From the NCBI GenBank assembly GCA_009885495.1, contig VFKP01000012.1:1-62715 (forward strand): a stretch of 62,715 nucleotides of DNA, given 5' to 3'. This stretch comes from Gammaproteobacteria bacterium (GTDB lineage: Bacteria; Pseudomonadota; Gammaproteobacteria; UBA1113). The position numbers were made by a program, and so were the translations under genes. The notes under the pieces were generated by a model, which saw only the letters and a list, made by a program, of their open reading frames with translations, had not been told where the DNA came from and ran no database searches. This document shows positions 9,216-19,974 of the stretch, in pieces (position 1 is the stretch's first letter; each line of letters starts with the position of its first letter).

Positions 9216-9370
9216 CTTTTGTAGAGACGCGATTTATCGCGTCTAAGTATTAGAAAACCTCTTAGAATCTTGATGTAAAATACGATTTTTGTACTTCCTA
9301 GGCCTAAAAAAAGAAAATTTCTCAAGGGGCCCGAAGATCTAAGACGCGATAAATCGCGTCTCTACAAAAG
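9216..9370. mobile_element. MITE-like element with 29-bp perfect terminal inverted repeats
   Basis: cttttgtagagacgcgatttatcgcgtct at 9216..9244 is the exact reverse complement of 9342..9370. Each arm also contains its own 9-bp hairpin (agacgcgat-NN-atcgcgtct). A partial third copy lies at about 9375..9392 (ttatcgcggtctctac). No coding capacity. Confidence 0.55.
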
Positions 9371-9436
9371 AAATGTTATCGCGGTCTCTACGATTTGACA
9401 GCGCAATGAATTAATTGAAATGAGACCTCAAACGTT

Positions 9437-10693
9437 CTATTTGAAATCTCGCATTTTAGGATCGAAATCTTCATCGGCTCCTTTGTCTAAGCCAAAAGCC
9501 GCGTGTAAGGCTCTAACCCCTAATTCTAAATATTTTTCATCCACCACCACCGAGATTTTAATTTCCGAAGTGGAAATGAGCTGAATATTAATACCTTCAG
9601 CACCCAAGACTTGAAACATTTGTGGAGCAACACCCGAATGCGAACGCATGCCAACACCGACTAAAGATATTTTAGCAATTTTCGCATCGCCCTTAATGTC
9701 GCGCGCGCCCAGCTCTTTGGCCACTGCGGATAAGATCTCTAAAGCCTTTTTATAATCTTCTCGTCCAACGGTAAAAGAAAGATCCGTCAAATCTTCATTG
9801 ATTTTGTTTTGCACGATCATATCCACATCAATATTGGCCTCACCAATAGGGCCTAAAATTTTTGCCGCCACACCCGGTTGATCGGGAACACCAATGATCG
9901 ATAATTTTGCCTCAGAGCGATTAAACGCAATCCCAGACACTAAAGGACGTTCCATAGACACCTCTTCATAAGTGATTAAAGTTCCTTGGCCATCGTGAAA
10001 ACTGGATAACACACGCAAGGGCACCTTATATTTACCGATCAATTCAACAGATCGTTTCTGTAATACCTTAGCGCCTAAACTGGCCAATTCCAGCATTTCT
10101 TCAAAGGTAATATGAGTGAGTTGCCTGGCATCCGGCACCACGCGCGGATCGGCCGTATAAACCCCATCCACATCCGTGTAAATTTGACACTCATCGGCTG
10201 CAAGGCTAGCCGCCAGAGCAACCGCCGTTGTATCTGAGCCGCCGCGACCTAAGGTGGTGATATTGCCATAACTGTCTACCCCCTGAAAGCCTGCAACCAC
10301 GGGAATAATACCTTCTTCTAAGGCTTGCTTCAAAGGATAAGGATCGATGCGCTCGATGCGCGCTTTCACACAATGATTTTCGCTGAAAATTTGCGCCTGA
10401 GCACCCGTGTAAGAACGCGCGGGATACCCTTTATCAATCAAACACATGGCCAATAAAGCCATCGACACCATCTCCCCCGTGGCCACCGTCACCGAATACT
10501 CTCGCGGATCAGGACATTCCACTAAAGATTCCGCCAATCCCACTAAGCGATTGGTTTCACCACTCATGGCCGAAACCACCACCACCACTTGATGACCGGC
10601 TTGTTTGGCTTCAATCACCTTATCGGCAACACGACGGATCCTATCCAAACTACCGACTGAAGTGCCACCGTATTTTTGTACCCATAAACTCAT
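9437..10693 (-). CDS. lysC: aspartate kinase
   Basis: 418 aa. The N-terminus is WVQKYGGTSVG, followed by an amino acid kinase core and two C-terminal ACT-like regions. Confidence 0.9.
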   Translation of the reverse strand: MSLWVQKYGGTSVGSLDRIRRVADKVIEAKQAGHQVVVVVSAMSGETNRLVGLAESLVECPDPREYSVTVATGEMVSMALLAMCLIDKGYPARSYTGAQAQIFSENHCVKARIERIDPYPLKQALEEGIIPVVAGFQGVDSYGNITTLGRGGSDTTAVALAASLAADECQIYTDVDGVYTADPRVVPDARQLTHITFEEMLELASLGAKVLQKRSVELIGKYKVPLRVLSSFHDGQGTLITYEEVSMERPLVSGIAFNRSEAKLSIIGVPDQPGVAAKILGPIGEANIDVDMIVQNKINEDLTDLSFTVGREDYKKALEILSAVAKELGARDIKGDAKIAKISLVGVGMRSHSGVAPQMFQVLGAEGINIQLISTSEIKISVVVDEKYLELGVRALHAAFGLDKGADEDFDPKMRDFK

Positions 10694-10705
10694 AGCAGAC
10701 TCTTT

Positions 10706-11460
10706 TTATACTGGATTAGGAATATCAACAAACTCATGATTTAAATCAAAGCGATGGGCTAAATGTTCGCCCAAAGCTTGAACGCCATAACGTTCTGTCG
10801 CATGATGACCACAAGCAAAATAATGCAGACCGGATTCTCGTGCGCTGTGTACGGTACGTTCAGAGATTTCGCCGCTGAGATAAGCATCCACTCCCAACTC
10901 GATGGCTTTATCAATGCCATCTTGCGCCGCGCCCGTACACCAGGCAATGGAATGAATAGACTTGGCCTGCCCTTGAATGTGCAAAGGCTTTTGCCCTAGT
11001 TTTTGAGTAAGCTGCCCTGTCAATTCCTTCACCGAGCAAGGTTCTACTAAATGTCCCTGAAAAATCAAACTGCCTGGGGCAATCGGCCCTAGAGAATTGA
11101 TATTCAAGATCTGCGCTAAACGAGCGTTATTACCGAACTCTGGATGGGCATCCAGAGGCAAATGATAGGCTAAAAGATTCATCTGTGTTGCTAACAATAA
11201 GGCTAAACGCACACGCATCAACCCTGTAATGCTTAAGCTCGAGCCTTTCCAAAAATAACCATGATGCACTAAGATTAAATCGGCTTTTAATTCATGCGCA
11301 CGTTCCAATAAAGGCAAACAGGCGCTCACACCCGAAACAATGCTGCGAATAGAAGAACGGCCTTCCACTTGCAAACCATTAGGGCAATAATCATTGAATG
11401 TTGCACTCGAGAGTAGCTCGTTACAATAATTGACTAAGATCTGTCGTTGAATCTCAGCCA

Positions 11461-11461
<1 letters not shown>
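10706..11461 (-). CDS. Nif3-like dinuclear metal center protein (YbgI family)
   Basis: 251 aa with conserved His clusters (LILVHHG, ACGHHATE) of the NIF3/YbgI family. Confidence 0.8.
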
Positions 11462-12732
<1,271 letters not shown>

Positions 12733-13041
12733 TTATCCTAACGATAGATTAATAATTTTATCCACTCGGCTCAAGGCGGCCATCTGCGCCAATTGCTTGG
12801 GAATATTGCGAAACTCTAGCTTAACTTCTTTTTTTTGAGCTTGGCGGAGCCATTCGATCAATAAAGCCATGCCGGCACTGTTGATCAGCGTCACCGCGCT
12901 TAAGTCTAATGACAACAAAGGCCGCTTTGCATTTAAATACTGGGCCAACTGCGGTGCTAAACCAGGCACATTCTGATAATCGATACAACCTTGCAGCGAA
13001 AGTTCAGTGTCTGAATGAGCGACTAAAACTGCCTGACTCAC
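12733..13041 (-). CDS. mlaB: STAS-domain lipid asymmetry maintenance protein MlaB
   Basis: 102-aa STAS-like ORF between mlaC and murA, as in the E. coli mla-murA region. GTG start in a GTGA overlap with the mlaC stop. Confidence 0.6.
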   Translation of the reverse strand: MSQAVLVAHSDTELSLQGCIDYQNVPGLAPQLAQYLNAKRPLLSLDLSAVTLINSAGMALLIEWLRQAQKKEVKLEFRNIPKQLAQMAALSRVDKIINLSLG

Positions 13042-13661
13042 TTTTTCATCTCAGCATTGTGCTGATTCAAGGCGGTTAAGAGTTGATCCATCCCCCCTTG
13101 ATTCAATTCATTGGCAAACTGAGAACGAAAACTTTGAATGAGGCTAACCCCATCGACATTAATATCGTACACCTGCCAATCGCCATTGTTGGATAACAGA
13201 CGATAATTCACTGGAATAGCCGGTCCTCCCGATTGCAAAACATCACTCTTGACTTGCACTCGATCGCCGTCTATTTCACCTGGGCGTAAGGGATAAAATT
13301 TAACCTGTTCATCGGTGTAAGCTGCAAAGGCAGAGGCATAAGTGCGGATCATTAAAGTGGTAAAAGCTGCGGTAAAGGCCGTTTGTTGATCGGGCGTTGC
13401 CGCATTCCAAGCATTACGTCCCAGAGCCAATTTAGCCATCAATTGAACATTGACTTGTGGCAGCAGAATATTACGCGCCAAATCTTCCACCAAAGAAGGC
13501 TGGGTTTTAATCTGTGACTGATTGGTTTTGAGCGCGGCAATCATTTGATCAGCTGTGCCACTGAGTTCAGCAACGGGATCAGAGCTTGCAAAAGCCAAAC
13601 TCAGCACTGACATGCTTAAAAAAAGAACTAAAGCTCTCTTTAAGCCTTTTAATCTATTCAT
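13038..13661 (-). CDS. mlaC: phospholipid-binding periplasmic protein MlaC (Ttg2D family)
   Basis: Signal peptide MNRLKGLKRALVLFLSMSVLSLAFA and a Ttg2D-like body. Start trimmed to the ATG at 13661, which has an upstream GAGG. Confidence 0.7.
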   Translation of the reverse strand: MNRLKGLKRALVLFLSMSVLSLAFASSDPVAELSGTADQMIAALKTNQSQIKTQPSLVEDLARNILLPQVNVQLMAKLALGRNAWNAATPDQQTAFTAAFTTLMIRTYASAFAAYTDEQVKFYPLRPGEIDGDRVQVKSDVLQSGGPAIPVNYRLLSNNGDWQVYDINVDGVSLIQSFRSQFANELNQGGMDQLLTALNQHNAEMKK

Positions 13662-14055
13662 TTCAACCTCTTTTTGTGAAAAACCTGCCCTTAGGAATGG
13701 GGGATAGTATGGCATAAGTTGAGGGAAAAATCACTTTTTTTTAGCGCTTAAGATCGTTCATGCAAACTTAAATATTAGAAAAAAATGAACTTTCTTTCAA
13801 AGGAGAACGATATTATTTCACTCGAAAAAATCTAAAAAGAATAAAGATTAAATTTTTTAAGTAATAAAAATTAAGGTTCTTAGGGAAAATACGTTTTAAT
13901 TGGTCAAATTTTGACATAATAGCTATACTTGAAACAATAGGGTCTCGTCCTTTTGCTTCATACACAGCAAAGCCCCGAAAGCTTACAAGCAATGTATAAA
14001 TTTTTTAGAAAAGGGGGTTCAAGTAGTTAGCAAGCAGATAAGGATAAAGAATAAA

Positions 14056-17000
14056 ATGCTAGAAAATAATACCTCTTTCTTAGTGGCCGATGTAGAAGGC
14101 TCCACTAAACTCATTTCAGATGAAGATGTCGAACAAGCCAGAGAATGGCTAGAAGGCGCCGTAGAAATCATGCTCAATGCCGTCCAGCGTTATCATGGGA
14201 TTGTACTGAGTATTGCCGGTGATGGGGTCAGCGCTTATTTCGATGGCCCTGAACATAATTTACGTGCCTGTTGTGCTGCAGTTAAAATACAGCAAGATGC
14301 ACGCCAGTCTAAATTGCCTACGGCCATACGCGTCGGTTTACACTCTGCCCAGAGTGGAAAAAACCAAACACCTCATCTGAGGATAACACAATTTATTGAA
14401 GAACAGGCCCCCCCTCAGGGTATTCAACTTTCAGAACCTATGCAAAAAGACTGTGGGCCTTGGATCCACGCAAAAATATCCTTAAGCATCACTCCTGCAG
14501 GACCCTCTGAACCGATCAACACCTATACACTCCAGAGTGTACAATCTGAAGTTTACCCTAGGGTCGAAAAAGCCTTAGATACTCTCAAAAAACAAGGACC
14601 TGCTGAAAAAATGATTCCCAGCAAGCATCACCGGCCGGGCGAGCGTAAATTCATCACCAGTGTTTTTATTAAAACCATTCCGCATAATCCACAACAGACT
14701 GACTTCAAAGCGATTAATGAGATTATAGACAACACTGTTCAGCGTTTTGAGGGGATCCTCATTAAGCATATCGGTGATACGATCTTAGCCCTTTTTGGCG
14801 CTCCCATCACTTATGAAGATCATCCCTTACGAGCCTGCTTAGCCAGCTATGTGATGCAAGAAAATATGATCACCCAAGCACTCCCTTTTGACTTAAAAAT
14901 CGGTATCCACAGCGGGGAAGCCGTAATCGATGAATTTGGCAGTCAAGAATACCATCAATACGATGCCGTCGGCTCTTCTGTCCATTTAGCCGCACGCATG
15001 ATGCAATCAGCCGAGAAGCATCAAATTCAATTGTCTGAAGACACTTTTCGTTTGGTAGAGCCCTTTATACAAGCGTCTTTTTTGGGTGAAAAAAAGGTCA
15101 AAGGATTTGAACATCCTATTCCATGCTATACCTTGACTGGCCTACATCCTGCGAATATTCGTAAAAAATTAGATGCTCAATTTTATGGCGACACCCCTTT
15201 TATAGGGCGTGAAAATGAAATGGATTTATTTAAACTTTGCATTGAACAGACCCAAAATGATCATGGCACATTACTGGCCTGCTCTGCTGAACCCGGCATA
15301 GGTAAAACACGTCTTATTTATGAATGCTCTCAATGGGCTAGAGCCAAAGACAGAGTGGTTTATTCAGTCTCAGCATCGGCTTATGAGAAAAATCAAGGCT
15401 TTTCTTTATTACGTTCTTTTGCATATGAGCTGTTTAATGTCGATCGCCTTCACCCCACTTCCCTGCAGATCAACCAAGCTACCCTGCAGTTACAGCGGGT
15501 CTCTTTTTCGGAACCCTTGGCTCATTTCGCTATGCTTAATCTCCTCAGCGTTGAGATCACTGAAACCGCCTGGTTGGGACTTTCGCCAGTATTGCAACAA
15601 AAAATTCTGTTTAAAAGTCTGGTCGAGTTTTTAATATCAGAAGATGCCAAAAAACCGATAGTCCTTGCCTTTGAGGATTTGCACTGGTGTGATCCTGAGA
15701 GTTTGGCTTTTATTCAGATCTTAAGTCAACATCTATCGCAATCAAAAATACTGCTTTTACTCGACTATAGGCCCGAATTTGAATTGCCCGAGGATTTAAA
15801 ACAAAAGGGTGAGGAAATTTCATTAAAACCCCTCAACAGCGAAAATTCTGAAAAATTTCTGGCCTATCTACTGCCGGGAGATCAGAGCTTAATACCCTTA
15901 AGACAAACTATACTTAAGACGACAGAAGGCAATCCCTTTTTTATTGAGCAATACATCAAGGATCTAAAGACTAAAAAGATCGTGACATTACAAGGTGAGC
16001 ATTATCATCTGGGGGCTGCAGTAGAGTTCAATGAATTACCACAGACCGTACAAAGCCTAATAACCAGTCGCATTGATTTACTCGCTCAGGATAAAAAACT
16101 CTGTTTACAACAAGCCTCTTGTTTAGGCCGGGTTTTTCCTCTATCCTTTTTGCGTTATATCAATGGATCTGAGGAAGCACAACTTTTCAACGCCTTACAA
16201 AAATTAGAAGAATATGGATTTATCTATCGCAGCGGCTTATTTCCAGAACCCGAATATACGTTTAAACATGCTTATATTCGTGATGTTGCTTATCAGAACA
16301 TGCTCGGCAAAACCAAACAACGCTATCATGCCCATTTAGTTGAACAGGTTGAAGCAAAGCATCTCACTGAACTCAAGAGATTTTTGAGCTTATTGGCACA
16401 ACATGCTTATCTGGGGCATTTATGGGAAAAAGCTTTGCGCTATTATAACCAGATGATGCCTAGCAGCGCCACCATTGATTTTCCAAATTCTCAATATATA
16501 ATGATTGGCGAACGGGCAGAAGAATGTTTTGCTTCATTGGGAGAAAAAGAAAAACGAGCTCATTTTCGGGATTACGCACGTATTCTATTTTTATATGCTC
16601 AAGGCTTATTCGTCAAACATCGCTTTGAAGAGTATATGCAAATCTTTACGACAATGAATGAACAATCCATAGAATTTGAAGACATGGCCCTGCAATTGTA
16701 CTGCCGTGCAATTCAACTATTTGAATCCATGTCTGGGCACGCGAGTGATGTATATCCTATAGCCATGGAACTTTTAACTGCGGTGGATGAAGTTTCTAAA
16801 ACTTTAAATGATGAAATGAGCAAAGACTTGAGATTGCATGTCAAACTGGCTGTGTTGCACCCTCTACTTGCCCTGGCCCGTTATCAAGAGATGGAAAGCA
16901 TTCTTGCCGAAATGCTTGACGAACATTTACCTATAGACTATGTGAGTCATTATACCTCCACCCCAGCCATCATGCTTGCCTTAACTTTCACTCTGTTTAG

Positions 17001-17727
17001 CGAATTAGCACAAGCTGATTCTGAAAAGGCAGAAGAAAAAATAGGACTCTTAGAAAATTATATTAACACGAGTCCTCCGAAAACAGAAGTTCTAATTGCC
17101 GCCTATTGGGGACGCTTAGCTTATTATCGTTACACAGGAGATTTCGAATATGCCTACAAAATTTCAGTTCAGATGATCCAAGATGCCATCGAAATAGAAC
17201 ATGAATTTGCAATAACCATGATGTCAACTGAACAGGCTTTTTTATCCTGGTATTGTGGAAAAGCTGAGGAATCCTTAGCGCTAGCACAAAACTTATTTGC
17301 CAATTTTAAAGAAACCGGCTATGCCTTTTTCCCTATTGGAGCAACACTGCTTATTGAAACCTTAGCGTGTTGCGGCGCGATTGAAGACGCCAAGGCAATG
17401 CTCAAAGATATTCTGAAACTTTCTGAGAATGATCATCTCAAAGTGATGCTGGCGTCTTGCTATCGCTTACAGGCTTTCATCGATAATCTAAGCGCAAAAG
17501 ACTCTACTCAAGATGAAAGCATCTTGGCCCATCTGGAAAAAGCAGAAGCCTTGACTCAAGAAATGGGCTGCAAGCAGGAAAATCCTAAAATTCAACTGGT
17601 CTATGTTGAATTTTATACCCGATTAGGGGAAACGGAAAAAGCAAAAGCTCATCATCAAAGAGCCTTGGATTATTTCAAAGAATACGGCATGATCGGTTGG
17701 TATAATTATTATCAATTGAATCCATAA
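14056..17727 (+). CDS. tandem class III cyclase-homology domains + STAND/AAA P-loop NTPase + TPR-like repeats
   Basis: CHD1 has FLVADVEGST and IAGDGVSAYF. CHD2 has SVFIKT, IKHIGDTILALFGAP, KIGIHSGEAV and AVGSSVHLAARM. Walker A is AEPGIGKTRL (about 15289..15309) and Walker B is IVLAFEDLHWCD. The C-terminal half is long and helical. Confidence 0.8.
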   Translation: MLENNTSFLVADVEGSTKLISDEDVEQAREWLEGAVEIMLNAVQRYHGIVLSIAGDGVSAYFDGPEHNLRACCAAVKIQQDARQSKLPTAIRVGLHSAQSGKNQTPHLRITQFIEEQAPPQGIQLSEPMQKDCGPWIHAKISLSITPAGPSEPINTYTLQSVQSEVYPRVEKALDTLKKQGPAEKMIPSKHHRPGERKFITSVFIKTIPHNPQQTDFKAINEIIDNTVQRFEGILIKHIGDTILALFGAPITYEDHPLRACLASYVMQENMITQALPFDLKIGIHSGEAVIDEFGSQEYHQYDAVGSSVHLAARMMQSAEKHQIQLSEDTFRLVEPFIQASFLGEKKVKGFEHPIPCYTLTGLHPANIRKKLDAQFYGDTPFIGRENEMDLFKLCIEQTQNDHGTLLACSAEPGIGKTRLIYECSQWARAKDRVVYSVSASAYEKNQGFSLLRSFAYELFNVDRLHPTSLQINQATLQLQRVSFSEPLAHFAMLNLLSVEITETAWLGLSPVLQQKILFKSLVEFLISEDAKKPIVLAFEDLHWCDPESLAFIQILSQHLSQSKILLLLDYRPEFELPEDLKQKGEEISLKPLNSENSEKFLAYLLPGDQSLIPLRQTILKTTEGNPFFIEQYIKDLKTKKIVTLQGEHYHLGAAVEFNELPQTVQSLITSRIDLLAQDKKLCLQQASCLGRVFPLSFLRYINGSEEAQLFNALQKLEEYGFIYRSGLFPEPEYTFKHAYIRDVAYQNMLGKTKQRYHAHLVEQVEAKHLTELKRFLSLLAQHAYLGHLWEKALRYYNQMMPSSATIDFPNSQYIMIGERAEECFASLGEKEKRAHFRDYARILFLYAQGLFVKHRFEEYMQIFTTMNEQSIEFEDMALQLYCRAIQLFESMSGHASDVYPIAMELLTAVDEVSKTLNDEMSKDLRLHVKLAVLHPLLALARYQEMESILAEMLDEHLPIDYVSHYTSTPAIMLALTFTLFSELAQADSEKAEEKIGLLENYINTSPPKTEVLIAAYWGRLAYYRYTGDFEYAYKISVQMIQDAIEIEHEFAITMMSTEQAFLSWYCGKAEESLALAQNLFANFKETGYAFFPIGATLLIETLACCGAIEDAKAMLKDILKLSENDHLKVMLASCYRLQAFIDNLSAKDSTQDESILAHLEKAEALTQEMGCKQENPKIQLVYVEFYTRLGETEKAKAHHQRALDYFKEYGMIGWYNYYQLNP

Positions 17728-17752
17728 CTGTAGTACTTGATTACTCTTTCTC

Positions 17753-19063
17753 CTAAATCTTTGCCACCTTCTTTCTTTGGCAATACACATACAAAGGAAA
17801 ACTCGATAATAATAGGAAACAACCGTCAATCAGGGTTTGTTCTCCTGCATTGGCAATCATCCACAGGGCAAATAAAGCGGCCAAAATGACAATCAAACGA
17901 TACCCGCGTTTCACCTCAGTATAATGCCCGCGACGAATCAACCTTAATTCAGCCATCATCGTATAAAAATAAGGGACTAGGCTTGCAAAAACCGCTAAAA
18001 GAATCATGAGTTGAAACTGCTGGATCAAATGATCAGAGATGGTTAGCACCAGTAAAGAGGTCACAATCAAAGAACTGATCACCAAACCCTGGGCCGGCAC
18101 GTCATTTTTATTCAACTTTGAAAAAACCGCTGGAAATAAACCATCATCCGCCACAGCCCGTGCCACCTGACCTTGCAACAAGACCCAGCCATTTAAACAA
18201 CCCAAAGAAGAAATAATCGCCCCCAGGGCAATTAAATAACGGCCCCAGGAACCCATAAGAACTTGAGCAGCATCCGCAAAAGGCGCTGTGCTGAGCTGCA
18301 TAGCACCCACTGGGATCAGCCCCATCATAATAAAAGAGCAGATAATGTAAACAAAGGCCGCCAATAATACACCCCAAATCGTTGCTCTTGGAATATTCTT
18401 TTTGGGATCTTTAACCGCATCGGCCGGGACCGTGGCCGATTCCAGACCAATGAAAGCCCAAAAGGTTAAGGCAGCACCGCTAAATACTGCCATCACTGAA
18501 TTTTGATGGGGGACAGTGACATTAAAAGATTCCCTGTAATAGGACCAATGAATAGCATGCCAACCGAGAAAACCCACTAATAATAAGGGGATTAATTTAA
18601 GAACCGTGGTAATCAATTGTGCGTAACCAGCACTGCGTAAACCCTGACAATTAATGAGCGTAAAAATCCAAATCGCTAAAATGGCACATAAAGTCGCTAA
18701 ATGCCCATGCTGCAATGAGGGAATAAACACTTCTAAATAACCGGAAAAAGCTACCGCCAAAGCCGCATTTCCCGCTAGAATAGCGAGCCAATAACAATAA
18801 GCCGTTTGAAAACCAATAAAAGGCCCCAAGCCTAAGCGCGCAAAGGCATAAGGCCCTCCCGCTTTGGGAAAATGGACACTTAAATGTGAAAAAACGATGG
18901 CCAGCAATACACCACCGGCAGTGGTAAATAACCAAGAAAAAAGACTCACACTACCGATCTGCGCTAAATTAGCAGGCAATAAAAAAATTCCCGAACCAAT
19001 CATATTGCCCGTGACCAAAGCAATAAGCATAGGAAGGCTTAAACTTTTTTTGATAGCTGTCAT
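17753..19063 (-). CDS. APA-family (AdiC/PotE/CadB-like) amino acid/polyamine antiporter
   Basis: 436 aa, about 12 TM helices. N-terminal motif LIALVTGNMIGSGIFLLPANLAQIGS. Starts 3 nt after the stop of the upstream oxygenase gene. Confidence 0.75.
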   Translation of the reverse strand: MTAIKKSLSLPMLIALVTGNMIGSGIFLLPANLAQIGSVSLFSWLFTTAGGVLLAIVFSHLSVHFPKAGGPYAFARLGLGPFIGFQTAYCYWLAILAGNAALAVAFSGYLEVFIPSLQHGHLATLCAILAIWIFTLINCQGLRSAGYAQLITTVLKLIPLLLVGFLGWHAIHWSYYRESFNVTVPHQNSVMAVFSGAALTFWAFIGLESATVPADAVKDPKKNIPRATIWGVLLAAFVYIICSFIMMGLIPVGAMQLSTAPFADAAQVLMGSWGRYLIALGAIISSLGCLNGWVLLQGQVARAVADDGLFPAVFSKLNKNDVPAQGLVISSLIVTSLLVLTISDHLIQQFQLMILLAVFASLVPYFYTMMAELRLIRRGHYTEVKRGYRLIVILAALFALWMIANAGEQTLIDGCFLLLSSFPLYVYCQRKKVAKI

Positions 19064-19066
19064 AAT

Positions 19067-19936
19067 TTAAGCGATCCCCTGCTCAGTGATCCGCTCTTTC
19101 CAATATTCTTCAGCGGTATAACGTTCCGATAAGCGAACTTCCAATCGCGGTTGCAAAAATAAGGGCATTGAATAGCGTGAAGTCTGTCTAGCTTCCCCTT
19201 CAGGGTTGAGCACTCGATGGGTGGTTGAAGGATAATAACCCTGAGTACATTCTTGCAGCATATCACCACTGTTGACGACAATCATCCCCGGATCGCAGGG
19301 AACATCATGCCATTGCCCTTGCCTATCCAACACTTGTAAGCCATTGCCTATGGCCATGGGTAATAAAGTGATCAAATCAATGTCTTCATGGGCAGCAGCA
19401 CGAAGGGCACCGGGCTCTTCCTGCCCTGATAAAGGCGGATAATGTAAAATTCGAAATAAAGTGCGGGGACTGTCCAAACACATTTCAGACAGCGGCATAG
19501 ATAAACCTTCAGCGATATTTTCAGGTAAACTCTGCTCCACCCAAGTTAAAAGTTCTGCCGCTAAATCGGCTAAAGCGCGAGATACATTATAAGTCTGAGA
19601 ACTCATAAATTCAGGCAAGCGCCCCCAGGGGAAATAATGGTAAAATTCTTTCAAATCTTTAAGGCTATACCCTTTGGCCGTTTCGGCAATATCGGGAGGG
19701 AAAAACCCTTCTTGCGTGTCTTTGTGATAAAGATAATCCCGTTTATTAGGATGGGTAAAAAATTTCGCCCATTCAAGATAGAGATCTTCAATGGCTTTAG
19801 TGTCAATGGGATGATTTTTAATGACCGCAAATCCAGTTTCGCGCAGCGATTGTGTGAATAATTCGGCAGCATGAGGAGCTTTGAGATCAACGGCCAAAAG
19901 ATACGGTAAAGTGTTTTGTAAAACAGGGTGAGACAT
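19067..19936 (-). CDS. 2-oxoglutarate/Fe(II)-dependent oxygenase (isopenicillin N synthase family)
   Basis: 289 aa. The facial triad is visible as HEDIDLITLL ... STTHRV, followed by RYS (2OG-binding Arg). AGGAG lies 7 nt before the ATG. Confidence 0.8.
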   Translation of the reverse strand: MSHPVLQNTLPYLLAVDLKAPHAAELFTQSLRETGFAVIKNHPIDTKAIEDLYLEWAKFFTHPNKRDYLYHKDTQEGFFPPDIAETAKGYSLKDLKEFYHYFPWGRLPEFMSSQTYNVSRALADLAAELLTWVEQSLPENIAEGLSMPLSEMCLDSPRTLFRILHYPPLSGQEEPGALRAAAHEDIDLITLLPMAIGNGLQVLDRQGQWHDVPCDPGMIVVNSGDMLQECTQGYYPSTTHRVLNPEGEARQTSRYSMPLFLQPRLEVRLSERYTAEEYWKERITEQGIA

Positions 19937-19974
19937 ATCAAAACTCCTACGATTAAAACGGAATATTATTCTTA

